This document shows, piece after piece, positions 1 to 10,065 of a stretch of DNA of 64,000 nucleotides. Every line of letters starts with the position of its first letter. Positions within the stretch are counted from its first letter, which is position 1. The DNA is from an uncultured Nitrospiraceae bacterium. Its GTDB lineage: Bacteria > Nitrospirota > Nitrospiria > Nitrospirales > Nitrospiraceae. The notes beneath the pieces were generated by a model that had not been told where the DNA came from, ran no database searches, and saw only the letters and a program-made list of their open reading frames with translations. The DNA lies in NCBI GenBank assembly GCA_963846575.1, contig CAWJWJ010000001.1, positions 96,001-160,000 on the forward strand, read 5' to 3'. Both the position numbers and the translations under genes were made by a program.

Positions 1-52
1 CAACATTCCTCGCATGTTCATATTAGCCTCCATTGTGATTGAAAATCGGGCC

Positions 53-718
53 CTAGCGGCCCTCCCTGCCACTCAAAAACTCCTGCCACCGGCGCACCCC
101 TTCGGCCGCCGGAACGGTCACGAAATCCGGACAATCCAGCCGCAACTGCCCTTCCCCGATCGGACTATTCACAAAGGCGCAGTGATGCGGCTTGGCACTA
201 TCCTCATGGGCATACGGACGAAAATAAGAACAGCCAACACACATGCGCGCTGTTGAAATCACCCCCTGGTCCTGCAACGACCGGATGACCTTGGTCAGTC
301 CGCGCAGAAACACCGTTTGCTCGTCCAACGAGAGACTTTGCACGCCGGCCCGCACGACGTCGCTCCAACCGTCACTTCGATGCGCTTCCCGTCGACCCGT
401 TGCGGTGAGCGTGAGGGTCAGCGCCCGGCTGTCTTGTGCCGATCGCTGTTTACGAACGAATCGCTTGTGTTCAAGGGCCACCACGGCATCGCTGGCGGTG
501 GCTGCCGTCACCCCCAAGGCCCTCGCCACATCATTCAGCCGCATGGGCTGACCGGTCCGTTCCTTCAACAGAATGAGAATCTGCCCCTGGGTCGGCGTCA
601 GGTTGCGGGTCCTGCCGCCTTCCCATGCCTGGCTCTTCAAGGCTATGGCCACTTTCCCCAGCCCGGCCGTAATGTGTTCAACGATCGATTGACCGCCATG
701 CATGGGAAGTGGTTTCAC
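53..718 (-). CDS. MarR-family winged-helix regulator with Cys-rich C-terminal domain
   Basis: LTPTQGQIL...LNDVARALGVTAATASDAVVALEHK...DSR MarR HTH/wing; C-terminal CVGC-x16-HHC-x15-C cluster. Confidence 0.88.
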   Translation of the reverse strand: MKPLPMHGGQSIVEHITAGLGKVAIALKSQAWEGGRTRNLTPTQGQILILLKERTGQPMRLNDVARALGVTAATASDAVVALEHKRFVRKQRSAQDSRALTLTLTATGRREAHRSDGWSDVVRAGVQSLSLDEQTVFLRGLTKVIRSLQDQGVISTARMCVGCSYFRPYAHEDSAKPHHCAFVNSPIGEGQLRLDCPDFVTVPAAEGVRRWQEFLSGREGR

Positions 719-730
719 GGACCTGCCTCC

Positions 731-985
731 TTACGCCTGCAAGGGAACGATGAATCCGCCTGTCCTGCGGAAATCCTGTTTCTGTTGTTCCGTGAACATC
801 ACCAGCGGTTCCTGGTGACAGAACTGGCATTCCTGCGCCGTCACCAGCACCGCCTGATGACCCAATGACGCGACATACGCATTGGCCAGCTTCAATGCCG
901 TCGCCTCATCTGTGGTCATCACATCAAAATGAAGCATCTTGCCGTTCGACTCGACCCAGGTATCGAATACCTTCACCGTGTCCAT
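731..985 (-). CDS. DUF2024-family small protein
   Basis: VFDTWV...LHFDV...ECQFCH motifs; ATG at 985 preceded by GGGAGG-like SD. Confidence 0.75.
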   Translation of the reverse strand: MDTVKVFDTWVESNGKMLHFDVMTTDEATALKLANAYVASLGHQAVLVTAQECQFCHQEPLVMFTEQQKQDFRRTGGFIVPLQA

Positions 986-1022
986 CCGTCCCTCCCTTGA
1001 TAAGCGTGATTCCCAACAACAC

Positions 1023-1045
1023 AATAGTTAGGACTCCTAACTATT
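1023..1045. promoter_or_regulatory. Perfect palindromic operator AATAGTTAGGA-C-TCCTAACTATT (probable MarR site)
   Basis: 11-bp perfect arms ~40 bp upstream of the DUF2024-marR operon; minus-strand TTGACG at 1069-1064 places the -10 region over the palindrome. Confidence 0.8.
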
Positions 1046-1334
1046 AACAGGACAACTGGATCACGTCAAGCGGATTTTTTCCACCGGAGAACCAGACCCC
1101 GGCCCATTTTCCCTGCCCGGTCGAGGGGGGCCCACGAAGCAATGTGTCTCAGACCTGGCCTAGCGAACCGGCTAGCCGCTGCAGGCCAAGACCTGGTATG
1201 CAGCAGAACGCCGGCTCACTGTGCGGGGGAGGGATGTTTGACGGAGCGGATTCAAAAGGCTCGCTCTCGCAGGGACCCGGCCTGCGGCGGCGCGACTGAG
1301 CGATCGGAAAGGGGACTGAAACGCGTGCGTAGGG

Positions 1335-2807
1335 CTAGAGGCGTGAGGCGTCGCTAGGAAATGCCTGCGCGGACAAGGGTGGGGCGATATGTTCCAGTGA
1401 CCGGCCTTCTGCTTTCACCCCCAACCACAGTTCCACTGCCGCTCCCACGAGCATCATCCCGGCCCCGAGCAGGTACCCGTAATACACGCTCTCGGCTGAT
1501 GTTTCGATCAATTTTCCGTAGAGCCAGGGAGCCAGGATCCCCGCGCCCTGCGCCACGACAAAAAAGAACGCGATCGCCATGGCACGGATCTCCATGGGAA
1601 AGATCTCGCTGACGGTCAGGTAGGCGGCGCTGGCTCCGGCGGACGCGAAGAAGAAGATGGTCGCCCAGGCCATCATCTGTGTGACCGAGGTGAAGGCTCC
1701 CTGCAAGAACATATACCCGGTGACCGCCAGGAGGCAGCCGGCCACGGCATAGGTGCCGCTGATCATCTGCTTGCGCCCGACGGTATCGAAAAACCGCCCG
1801 AGGAGGAGAGGGCCCAAAAAGTTGCCGAGGGCGAACGGTAGAATGTAATAGCCCACCTGGTGGGTCGGCACGGCGTAAAACTTCGTGAGTACAAACGGAT
1901 AGGTAAACGAGATCGAATTGTACATAAAGGACTGCGTCACCATCAGGACGATCCCCAACGTCGTACGTCGGGGATAGGTGGAAAACAACTCCCGAGCCAC
2001 CGTGGCAAGCGTCGCATGCGGCCGCGCATGGACGGTAATCGATCCTTCTGCCGACGGGAGGGAACTCACCTGCTCGTCGTGCATGATCCGCGTCTCGATG
2101 CCCGAGACGACGTCCTCCGCCTCCTTCACCTGACCATGGGTCATGAGCCATCGCGGGCTCTCCGGAATCACCCGCCGGACGAGCAGGATGCTCACACCGA
2201 GTATGGCGCCCATACCGAAACACAGACGCCACCCCAGATACTCCGGGATGAAGAGAGGGTTCAACAGGACGATGGTGAGCCCCGCTCCGATCGCGCTGCC
2301 GAGCCACCAGCTGCCATTGATCGCCAGATCGGTGTGACCGCGCCGGCGCGCCGGAATCAGTTCGTCAATGGCCGAGTTGATCGCGGCATATTCGCCCCCG
2401 ATGCCGGCCCCCGTCAGGAACCGGAAAAACATGAAACTCCACAGGTCCCAGGAGAAGGCCGTCATCACGGTCGCAGCCAGATACAGCATGAGCGTGATCA
2501 TGAACCACTTCTTCCGGCCCTCGCGATCGGTCAGATACGAAAACACAATGGCGCCGATCACGGATCCGCTCAAATAGGCTGAGGCCGTGAGACCGACTTC
2601 CGACGCCGTCAGATTCAGGGTGGTGCTATACGTAAGGACCGGCCCGAGTGCGGCGACAATCGAGACCTCGAGCCCATCCAGAATCCAGGTGACACCGAGC
2701 GCGGTCACCACCAGCCAATGCCAGCGCGACCATGGCAAGCGATCCATACGCTGCGGGATACTCGTCGTGACGGGAGAATCAGAGGCGGGCATTTGCCATA
2801 GTACCAC
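1335..2807 (-). CDS. MFS transporter (sugar/aromatic acid porter-like)
   Basis: About 12 hydrophobic segments; DREGRK and DTVGRK loop motifs, ELIPARRRG, PESPRWL, SEIFP. Confidence 0.9.
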   Translation of the reverse strand: MVLWQMPASDSPVTTSIPQRMDRLPWSRWHWLVVTALGVTWILDGLEVSIVAALGPVLTYSTTLNLTASEVGLTASAYLSGSVIGAIVFSYLTDREGRKKWFMITLMLYLAATVMTAFSWDLWSFMFFRFLTGAGIGGEYAAINSAIDELIPARRRGHTDLAINGSWWLGSAIGAGLTIVLLNPLFIPEYLGWRLCFGMGAILGVSILLVRRVIPESPRWLMTHGQVKEAEDVVSGIETRIMHDEQVSSLPSAEGSITVHARPHATLATVARELFSTYPRRTTLGIVLMVTQSFMYNSISFTYPFVLTKFYAVPTHQVGYYILPFALGNFLGPLLLGRFFDTVGRKQMISGTYAVAGCLLAVTGYMFLQGAFTSVTQMMAWATIFFFASAGASAAYLTVSEIFPMEIRAMAIAFFFVVAQGAGILAPWLYGKLIETSAESVYYGYLLGAGMMLVGAAVELWLGVKAEGRSLEHIAPPLSAQAFPSDASRL

Positions 2808-3023
2808 TATCTACAGACGGGATGGGAGAGGTGCCGAAAGATGTCCGCACATGACGCCGGAAGGGCCTCGTGACGGTCCAAGGCGCCGGACCCGCCGGGT
2901 GTTGCGCCGGCCCCTGAGGAGGTCTCCGGAAATAGAAAGACGGAGATCGAATTGACGAAACGCAGGCGGGCTTCTGCAGGCGGGCCTGGCGCGCGGACAT
3001 GATTCTCCGCCCGCCTTCTGCCC

Positions 3024-4760
3024 TTAGGGTCGACTCTCGAACAATCTGACGGCGACCTTCTGCCCTTTGATGCGCGTCTTTCCGAGAGCCTCGATGATCT
3101 GCCGGGCCGCCTCTTCCTGCACATCGACCAGGGAAAACCGCTCTTCGACCTCGATTGCCCCGATCATACGCGTCGGCACGCCCGCTTCGTTCGCGATGGC
3201 CCCGACCAGATCCCCCGGCCTGACACCGGCTGCCCGCCCGGCCCCGACGTAGACACGCACGGTTCCAGCCGCCCGGCCGCCACGACCCGGGCCTCCTCGC
3301 GAAGGACGCCCGCGGTCTCCCTGCGGTCCGGCAGACCCGTAGGAGGGCCGCGAGGAGCGATAGGGTTCGGGCGCTCTCATCGAGGCCACGGGAATCTCTT
3401 CTTCCGCCCGCTCTCCTCCATGGGAACGGTAGACTAACTTGATCGCGGCGGCCGCCACATCGGCCGGGTCCGCCGATCCCGCCAGCGCCTCCACGACACG
3501 GCGGAAGTCGTCCAATTCACCCGCCTCCAACGTCTCTTGAATGGCGGTCTTCGTTCGCTCCAGACGCTTGGCCAGCAGATCACCGAGTGACGGCACCGGG
3601 GCAATCGTGATTTTGGCCTTCGTATGTTGTTCCACACTGCGCAGCAGCCGTTGTTCGCGCGGCTCCACAATGGTCATGGCCGCCCCCTCGCGCCCCGCTC
3701 GGCCGGTGCGCCCGATGCGATGGACGTAGACTTCCAGTGACGAGGGGAGATCGTAATTGATCACATGGGAGACGGAGGGAATGTCCAGTCCGCGCGCGGC
3801 CACGTCAGTCGCAACCAGCAGCTCGGTTTGCCCCGTACGAAAGGCCTGCATGACGCGATCTCGTTGCACCTGGCTCATGCCGCCATGGATCGCTTCGGCG
3901 CGGTATCCCCGGCTGTTCAGCGCCGCGGTGACCTCGTCGACTTCCAATCGCGTCCGGCAAAAGACGAGCGCGGACTTGGGGGTGGCGATATCCAGCACGC
4001 GGGCCAGGGCCGCTACCTTGTGCTGCCGCGCGACCACATAGGCGATTTGCTGCACGCGCGGGGCCGTTCCCGCCTTGACCGGCTCGCGGGCAATCGTCAC
4101 GTCGACAGGATTCTTCAGATGCCGGCGTGCAATGGATGCAATCCGCGGAGGCATGGTGGCCGAGAACAAGGCCGTCTGTTTGCTCGCCGGGGTCTGTTCA
4201 AGAATGGCGTCCAGGTCGTCCGCGAAACCCATGTCGAGCATTTCATCCGCCTCGTCAAGCACCACAACCTGGAGATCGGCGAGCTTCAAAGTCTTGCGGC
4301 GAAGATGGTCCAGCGCCCGGCCCGGCGTAGCCACAATGACCTCCACCCCGCGCCGGAGTGCCTGCAGCTGCGGGCCCATCGCCTGGCCCCCATACAACGC
4401 CAGCACGCTGATTCGCAGTTCCTTGCCATAACGCTGGACCGCTTCGCTCACTTGCACCGCCAGCTCCCTGGTTGGCACCAGCACCAGCGCGGTAGGACGA
4501 TTGCGCGGTCCATGCGCGATGCGTTGCAACAGGGGCAAGGCGAACGCGGCCGTTTTGCCGGTTCCCGTCGCGGCCTGGCCCAGCAGGTCGCGCCCCTCCA
4601 ACAGCGGGGGGATCGCTTCGCGCTGGATCGGAGTGGGCTCCTCGTAGCCCAGGGCTTCCAAAGTCGCGAGGAGTGAGGCTTCCAATCCGAGGGCGGCAAA
4701 GCCGGGAGAGAACCCCTTTGCCGCTGGTTCCGTCTGCGAATGCGTCGTGCTGTGTTTCAT
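3024..4760 (-). CDS. deaD: DEAD-box RNA helicase with DbpA-type RNA-binding C-terminus
   Basis: Q motif, ATGTGKT, PTRELA, DEAD, SAT, HRIGRTGRAG; C-terminal PGDLVGAIANE. Confidence 0.92.
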   Translation of the reverse strand: MKHSTTHSQTEPAAKGFSPGFAALGLEASLLATLEALGYEEPTPIQREAIPPLLEGRDLLGQAATGTGKTAAFALPLLQRIAHGPRNRPTALVLVPTRELAVQVSEAVQRYGKELRISVLALYGGQAMGPQLQALRRGVEVIVATPGRALDHLRRKTLKLADLQVVVLDEADEMLDMGFADDLDAILEQTPASKQTALFSATMPPRIASIARRHLKNPVDVTIAREPVKAGTAPRVQQIAYVVARQHKVAALARVLDIATPKSALVFCRTRLEVDEVTAALNSRGYRAEAIHGGMSQVQRDRVMQAFRTGQTELLVATDVAARGLDIPSVSHVINYDLPSSLEVYVHRIGRTGRAGREGAAMTIVEPREQRLLRSVEQHTKAKITIAPVPSLGDLLAKRLERTKTAIQETLEAGELDDFRRVVEALAGSADPADVAAAAIKLVYRSHGGERAEEEIPVASMRAPEPYRSSRPSYGSAGPQGDRGRPSRGGPGRGGRAAGTVRVYVGAGRAAGVRPGDLVGAIANEAGVPTRMIGAIEVEERFSLVDVQEEAARQIIEALGKTRIKGQKVAVRLFESRP

Positions 4761-4787
4761 GAGGTGGGGTAGACCTTTCTTGGTAGG

Positions 4788-5471
4788 TTAGGCTTTCATG
4801 GCGGCGGGCCACATGGATTCCAACTCGGGGAATTTCTTCTTGTAATCTTCGTGACTCGTGCGAATGACCTTGAGCGCCTCTTCACGCCCGTACATGCTGG
4901 TGATCTCGACCTTATGATGCACGGAACCCGGCGCATGCTTGTAGGTCAGAAAATAATGCTGCAGCCGGTCGAGGAGGGTCATCGGGCAATCTTTGAGGTC
5001 GGTGTACGTGCCATAGACGGCATCGTCCCGCATGACCGCAATGATCTTGTCGTCCGCCTCGCCCCCGTCCGCCATGCTAAGCCCGCCGATCGGGAGGGCC
5101 GTCAGCAAAATATCGCTATGGGGAATCGTTTTCTCGGTCAACACGCAGATGTCGAGTGGATCGTGATCGCCGACCATCTCCGGCCGGTTGGCGCGCTCCG
5201 CGAAAAGCCTGGCCACGCCGTCTCCGCAATAGGTCTGCGGAATGAGTCCGTAATACACGGGGCAGAAGTTTGAGAATCGCTGCGGCCGGTCCACCTTGAG
5301 GAATCCGCTGGCTTTGTCGACTTCATACTTGACCGTGTCGGTAGGCACAATTTCAATGTAGGCGGTCACCACCTCGGGCGCATGGTCCCCCATGGACACC
5401 CCGTGCCAAGGATGCGCCTTGAACATGAGGCTCATCAGTCTCTGCGCCGCGTCGATTTCCTTCTTACTCAT
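4788..5471 (-). CDS. ppa: Family I inorganic pyrophosphatase
   Basis: HPWHG, KYEVDK, YGLIPQT, DHDPLDI, DGGEADDKIIAV; start set at ATG 5471. Confidence 0.92.
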   Translation of the reverse strand: MSKKEIDAAQRLMSLMFKAHPWHGVSMGDHAPEVVTAYIEIVPTDTVKYEVDKASGFLKVDRPQRFSNFCPVYYGLIPQTYCGDGVARLFAERANRPEMVGDHDPLDICVLTEKTIPHSDILLTALPIGGLSMADGGEADDKIIAVMRDDAVYGTYTDLKDCPMTLLDRLQHYFLTYKHAPGSVHHKVEITSMYGREEALKVIRTSHEDYKKKFPELESMWPAAMKA

Positions 5472-5825
5472 CCTATGACATTCCCTCTCTAGAGCCCTCG
5501 GAACTGACGGTCTGACGATCGTGCGATCCGGCAAGGTCTGAATTGATGGTACGAAATACCGGTTGTGAAACAAGAGTGACTGGCTGGAGAAACAGATAGC
5601 TTATAACACATCGCAGGAGAAGGAAAATAGCCGTGTTTGTCTGTTTCACCTACGGTCCGCTTACCCGACAGGATGATTGAGGCTGCGGAGGTGGGCCTGG
5701 CTCGGTGAGACGCCCGGCCCGCGGCGGATGTCGCTCAGGCCACCCACACCCCTGCCACGCCGTCGCGCGTGAATTCACTGCACCATGAGAGTATGCTGGT
5801 ACGTATCCCGACAATGAGGTGCGCT

Positions 5826-7061
5826 ATGAGCGAGCCCATGCGTTATCTTCTCATCGGTGGCGGTCTCGCCTCCAACCAGGCGGCCAAACAACTTCGACAA
5901 CTCGATCCGCAATCCTCGATCACGCTCGTGACTGACGAACAACACGTCCCCTATGACCATCCTCCCCTCTCCAAAGACTTCCTGCGCGGCGAGACGCCGA
6001 AGAACAAAGTTTTTTTTGACGACCCCGCTTATTACGCGGCGGAACAGATCGATCTGAAGTTGGGCGCGACCGTCACCATGCTCGACCCCGCCCGCAAAAC
6101 GGCGACGTTGGCCGACGGCACGACAGTGCGCTTCGACAAGGCCTTGCTAGCCACCGGAGGCCGCCCCGTCCGACTGAAGATTCCGGGAGCGGACCTTCCC
6201 GGGGTCCATTACCTTCGCACCCTGGACGACGCCATGTCCCTTGCCGCCGCCGCTACTCCCGGCTCGTTCGCCGTGGTCACCGGTGCCGGTTTCATCGGAC
6301 TGGAAGTCGCGGCCTCCCTGACGCAACGCGGTGTGCAGGTGACGGTCGTGGAAATCGGCCCGCACATCTGGCCGCGCTTTGCCCAGAAGGCCATCGCAGG
6401 AGCCATTCAAGACCATTGCGCCGCCAAAGGCATCGCCTTTCGCACCGGCGAGTCCGTGACCGAGATTCAGCACCAAAACGGACGGTTTTCCGTGCGGCTC
6501 GAATCGGGAGCCGTCCTGCCCTGCCACTTCGTCTGCATCGGCGTCGGCATCGTACCCAACGTCGAGCTGGCCCTGCAGGCCGGACTCACCGTCGACAACG
6601 GGATCGTCGCGGATGAATATCTACGAACGTCGCAGCCGGACATCTATGCTGCCGGAGATGTGGCGAGTTATGTCGACCCCCTCTTCGGCAAGCGCCGTCG
6701 GGTGGAACATTGGGGACATGCCGAATACAGCGGCCAGTTGGCGGCACAGAATATGACCGGTGCGCACCGGCCCTACGATCTCCTGACTTACGTCTGGTCC
6801 GACATCTTCGACCTGCATCTCGAATTCGCCGGCGACGAACAGGAGCACGACCAGCTGCTCCTGCGTGGTACGTTGGAGGGGCTGTCCTGCATCATTCTCT
6901 ACCTCAAGCAGCACCGGCTCCGGGCCTACTTTGCCATTAATGCCAACAACAGGGATCTTCCGCCGCTCCAAAAACTCATCAGGAAACAAACGGATCTGAC
7001 GGGCAAAGAACCGGCTCTGCAGGACGCCGCCGTGCCGCTCAAGAGCCTGGCATCACCCTAA
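5826..7061 (+). CDS. FAD-dependent NAD(P)H oxidoreductase (ferredoxin reductase-like)
   Basis: IGGGLA, LLATGG, GAGFIGLE, IYAAGD, RVEHW, WSD motifs. Confidence 0.9.
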   Translation: MSEPMRYLLIGGGLASNQAAKQLRQLDPQSSITLVTDEQHVPYDHPPLSKDFLRGETPKNKVFFDDPAYYAAEQIDLKLGATVTMLDPARKTATLADGTTVRFDKALLATGGRPVRLKIPGADLPGVHYLRTLDDAMSLAAAATPGSFAVVTGAGFIGLEVAASLTQRGVQVTVVEIGPHIWPRFAQKAIAGAIQDHCAAKGIAFRTGESVTEIQHQNGRFSVRLESGAVLPCHFVCIGVGIVPNVELALQAGLTVDNGIVADEYLRTSQPDIYAAGDVASYVDPLFGKRRRVEHWGHAEYSGQLAAQNMTGAHRPYDLLTYVWSDIFDLHLEFAGDEQEHDQLLLRGTLEGLSCIILYLKQHRLRAYFAINANNRDLPPLQKLIRKQTDLTGKEPALQDAAVPLKSLASP

Positions 7062-7128
7062 CTGCGAGCCCAGGGGCAGCGCGGGCGCTTCTCGTCCGGC
7101 TCAGACAGAGAGATTGAACCTCGCGCGG

Positions 7129-7310
7129 ATGTGTTCTATCGCCACCAGCCTCGACAGCCCTGTTACCGGGCCCGAGAGAGAGACTGGCTGTTCACGGACC
7201 AGGATTATGGCTACGGGGAATTCTTCGCCGGGGTGGATACCGTGGTCATGGGCCGGAAACCCTACGAGGCTTTCTCACGTTTGCCGAGAATCCCTGGTCC
7301 GGGTAGGCCC
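7129..7310 (+). pseudogene. Frameshifted, truncated RibD-C/dihydrofolate reductase-family remnant
   Basis: IATSLD..TGP in one frame continues as DWLFTDQDYGYGEFFAGVDTVVMGRKPYE in another; shift lies in the GA run at ~7174-7184. Confidence 0.75.
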
Positions 7311-7519
7311 GGCAGGCATTTCAATTCCTCCAGTAGAGGTCATTCTCCTCCAGCCTCACGCAGCTGATGTGTCGCCGCGCGACCTGACCAAAGACATTCA
7401 CAGATCCTCAGGATCATCGGACGGCCTCCTTGCGGACGAGCGCGCACCTTGGCCCGGCCTCGCGATTCTGCGACAGCGACTCGCCGGCGGGTGGAAGGCC
7501 GATCTGATGGGGCTGACCT

Positions 7520-7912
7520 TTAGCTGGGGCCGGGCGGATCTTCGCGGTCTTCACCCTCCAGCGCCTTGGACTCCATTTCCTCAAGTCCCTGCAAGTCTGT
7601 GAGGATGCTTTGCAAGACCTGGCGGCGCTGCTGCAGTCCCTTCTTCGGGATGTCCCGGGTCTGGGGCTCCTGCGCCGATTCCGGCAGGTTCACCATCGCC
7701 TCAGCTTCACCGAGCGTCGCATATTTGTAGGACTCGAGGTACTTATGGTTCGTGCCGTAGATCTTTGCGATGATATCTTCCGTTTCGGCGTCAAACTGGT
7801 CGAACGTCGGATTGACAACGGTGTGATGTGCAAGCCCTTCGAGCTTGTCGATCTGGGCCTTGAGCCCGTCGCTTCTGAGCCGAGGTTGATACATCGAATT
7901 GACTTCAGTCAT
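7520..7912 (-). CDS. Hypothetical helical protein, paralog of the N-terminal domain of the CBS protein at 22528-23298
   Basis: AGGAG SD; shares FDxETEDxIA, YxYAxxGEA, VN and LxQRxxVLxS with the CBS protein. Confidence 0.8.
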   Translation of the reverse strand: MTEVNSMYQPRLRSDGLKAQIDKLEGLAHHTVVNPTFDQFDAETEDIIAKIYGTNHKYLESYKYATLGEAEAMVNLPESAQEPQTRDIPKKGLQQRRQVLQSILTDLQGLEEMESKALEGEDREDPPGPS

Positions 7913-8027
7913 GGTTGTGTCTCCTAGAAGTGATGGTCACAGTCTATCCTTGCCGTCCGAAAGGGTCAGCTAGGGACCCCCCTGGGCCATATGAGCCCAG
8001 GCGAAAAGTCCAGAGCGGCCATAGGCC

Positions 8028-9098
8028 TTAGGAAATGCCATGCTGCTCTCGGCCGAGACGCCCATCGTACCGGTTGGAGGATTTAAATAGTTCAAATCGC
8101 CCTTCCTTGGCATAGGGTGCCATGCGGGACCGGACCCCCTCCATCTCAAGCGCGGTCATCGGCGTAAAATTCCGCGCGATCGCAAGATTCTGCCGAAGCA
8201 CGTCGCGGGAATCAATTCCGCTCACGACGCTCGCCACCGGCAGGCTCAATACATACCGCAAGGATTCCTCGGCCGTCACGACACCTTCTTTGACCGCGGC
8301 ACCGTTTCCACTCAACGATTTCATGGCGAGCGGAGCGATCCCGCGCTTGTTCAAAACCGGCAACACCTCCCGTTCAAAACTGCGATAGGTGCCGTCGAAC
8401 ACATTAAGAGGTAACTGGCAGGTGTCGAAGGGGAAGTCGTAGGCCAGCATCTTGAGATGAATCGAAGGATGTTTGTGGCCCGTGAATCCAATGAAGCGAA
8501 CCTTGCCCTGCTGCTTGGCCTCGAGCAACGCTTCGGCAACGCCGCCGGGCGCGAAGTGCCGCTCAGGATCGTCTTCGTAGACCACCTCGTGGATCTGCCA
8601 GAGGTCGAGATAGTCCGTGCGTAGCCGGCGGAGGGACTCCTCCAATTGCTGCATCGCGACTTTCTTGTCACGCCCGTGGGTGCACACTTTCGTCATCAGA
8701 AAGGCCTGCTGGCGGCGGCCTTGCAACCCCTTGCCCATTCGTTCCTCCGACAAGCCTCCGTTGTATTCCCAGGCGTTATCCATGAACGTCATCCCGGCAT
8801 CAATGGCCTCATGCAGCACCCGCATGGCTTCGGCTTCGCCGTCGATGCGGCCCAGATGCGCGCCGCCGAAACATAAGGCGGAGACTTCCACCCCCGTGTT
8901 GCCCAACATGCGCCGGGTTATATGTCCTGACACGGGGTCCGAAGCAGGCACGGGCGAGCGCCCCTCGGCGAAGGCCTGCGCCATGCCGCGTGGACCGTTC
9001 CATGCCAACACAGATCCCACAATGCCCAGCGTTTTCAATAATTGTCGACGATCGAGGCTGGCAGACCAGAAACGTCCCGGTTTCGTTACCTCATCCAT
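8028..9098 (-). CDS. Aldo/keto reductase with Tat-type signal
   Basis: DRRQLLK twin-arginine; DNAWEY, SEERMG, TKV, LEESLRRLRTDYLDLWQIH. Confidence 0.88.
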   Translation of the reverse strand: MDEVTKPGRFWSASLDRRQLLKTLGIVGSVLAWNGPRGMAQAFAEGRSPVPASDPVSGHITRRMLGNTGVEVSALCFGGAHLGRIDGEAEAMRVLHEAIDAGMTFMDNAWEYNGGLSEERMGKGLQGRRQQAFLMTKVCTHGRDKKVAMQQLEESLRRLRTDYLDLWQIHEVVYEDDPERHFAPGGVAEALLEAKQQGKVRFIGFTGHKHPSIHLKMLAYDFPFDTCQLPLNVFDGTYRSFEREVLPVLNKRGIAPLAMKSLSGNGAAVKEGVVTAEESLRYVLSLPVASVVSGIDSRDVLRQNLAIARNFTPMTALEMEGVRSRMAPYAKEGRFELFKSSNRYDGRLGREQHGIS

Positions 9099-9201
9099 TG
9101 CGCCTGCTCCTGGTTGCGGTGTGCCGATCCCATGAGGCCCACTGTGATCGGTCAGATTGAGAAAGGCAACTAGGGATTGACCCGGCCCACTGGTGCCATG
9201 A

Positions 9202-9699
9202 TTACCGCACCGACCGCCGGCCCCACTGCAGGATGAGATAGCCTAGGATGACCAGATTGACACACAGCACGACGACACCGGTCGCCGATATGTGCCGGAT
9301 CACTTGAGAGTATTCGGCTGGCAGGAAGAGGCTGGTGGAGATCGCGGTGAGATAGACGGCCCAGGAGGCCTCGATCCAGAGCCCTAACCCTGCGGCAAAT
9401 AACAGCACCGCATAAAAAAGGCTGACGTAGCCCATCACAAAGGCACTGTGGGACGACAGCCCCGTCAGTTTAAGAAGGATGGCGTGAAGCAGCTGGGAAT
9501 GGACCTGCAGGTGAAGCCCATCCATGAGCGGGGCTAACAGGGTGGCGATCTCAGCATCCACCAGGTGAAGGAGACTTGCGCCGGCGAACAGCAAGACCAG
9601 TCCCGTCCCCAGCTTAAACAATGCAATGAGGGCGAGGCCATAACGGGGCGAGGGATTGATCATCGGAGGGCCTGGACAGGCTCCGTGGTTGATGCGCAT
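9202..9699 (-). CDS. DUF2127-like membrane protein
   Basis: GLALIALFK, GLW...WAVY, FLPAEY, VNLVILGYL; 4 TM segments; start may be at 9663. Confidence 0.7.
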   Translation of the reverse strand: MRINHGACPGPPMINPSPRYGLALIALFKLGTGLVLLFAGASLLHLVDAEIATLLAPLMDGLHLQVHSQLLHAILLKLTGLSSHSAFVMGYVSLFYAVLLFAAGLGLWIEASWAVYLTAISTSLFLPAEYSQVIRHISATGVVVLCVNLVILGYLILQWGRRSVR

Positions 9700-9807
9700 C
9701 CAGCTCAGACGTCAGCGACCGGGCTGAACCGACCGGAGGACTTTGCCCCTGAGCCGCGCTTGCTTCAGGCCGGGCCGGGTGATCGGGTGTCTCTCGACAG
9801 TCTCGTG

Positions 9808-10039
9808 ATGATGACTGGACAGCAGGCCATCAGCTTCGTGCAAGCCTGGACTCGGAGCCTGGAATCGTCACGACCTGGAGGCCATCCTACAGCACTAAGC
9901 CGCCGATGTGTACTTTGCGAGTCCGTTCGTGGGGGCCCTCCTCGGAGATCCGTCCGGAGTCATTCAGGGACGGGAGCGGTTGAAGGCCGCCTTCCAGAAG
10001 GGGTTGCTGGCCGCCGAATTCATGAGCGTCAATGACTGA
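9808..10039 (+). pseudogene. Decayed SnoaL/NTF2-like protein gene
   Basis: MMTGQQAISFVQAW, extra base at 9850, then LGAWNRHDLEAILQH*(TAA 9896)AADVYFASPFVGALLGDPSGVIQGRERL. Confidence 0.72.
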
Positions 10040-10065
10040 GGCCGGATCCAGACCGTACGCGCCCA

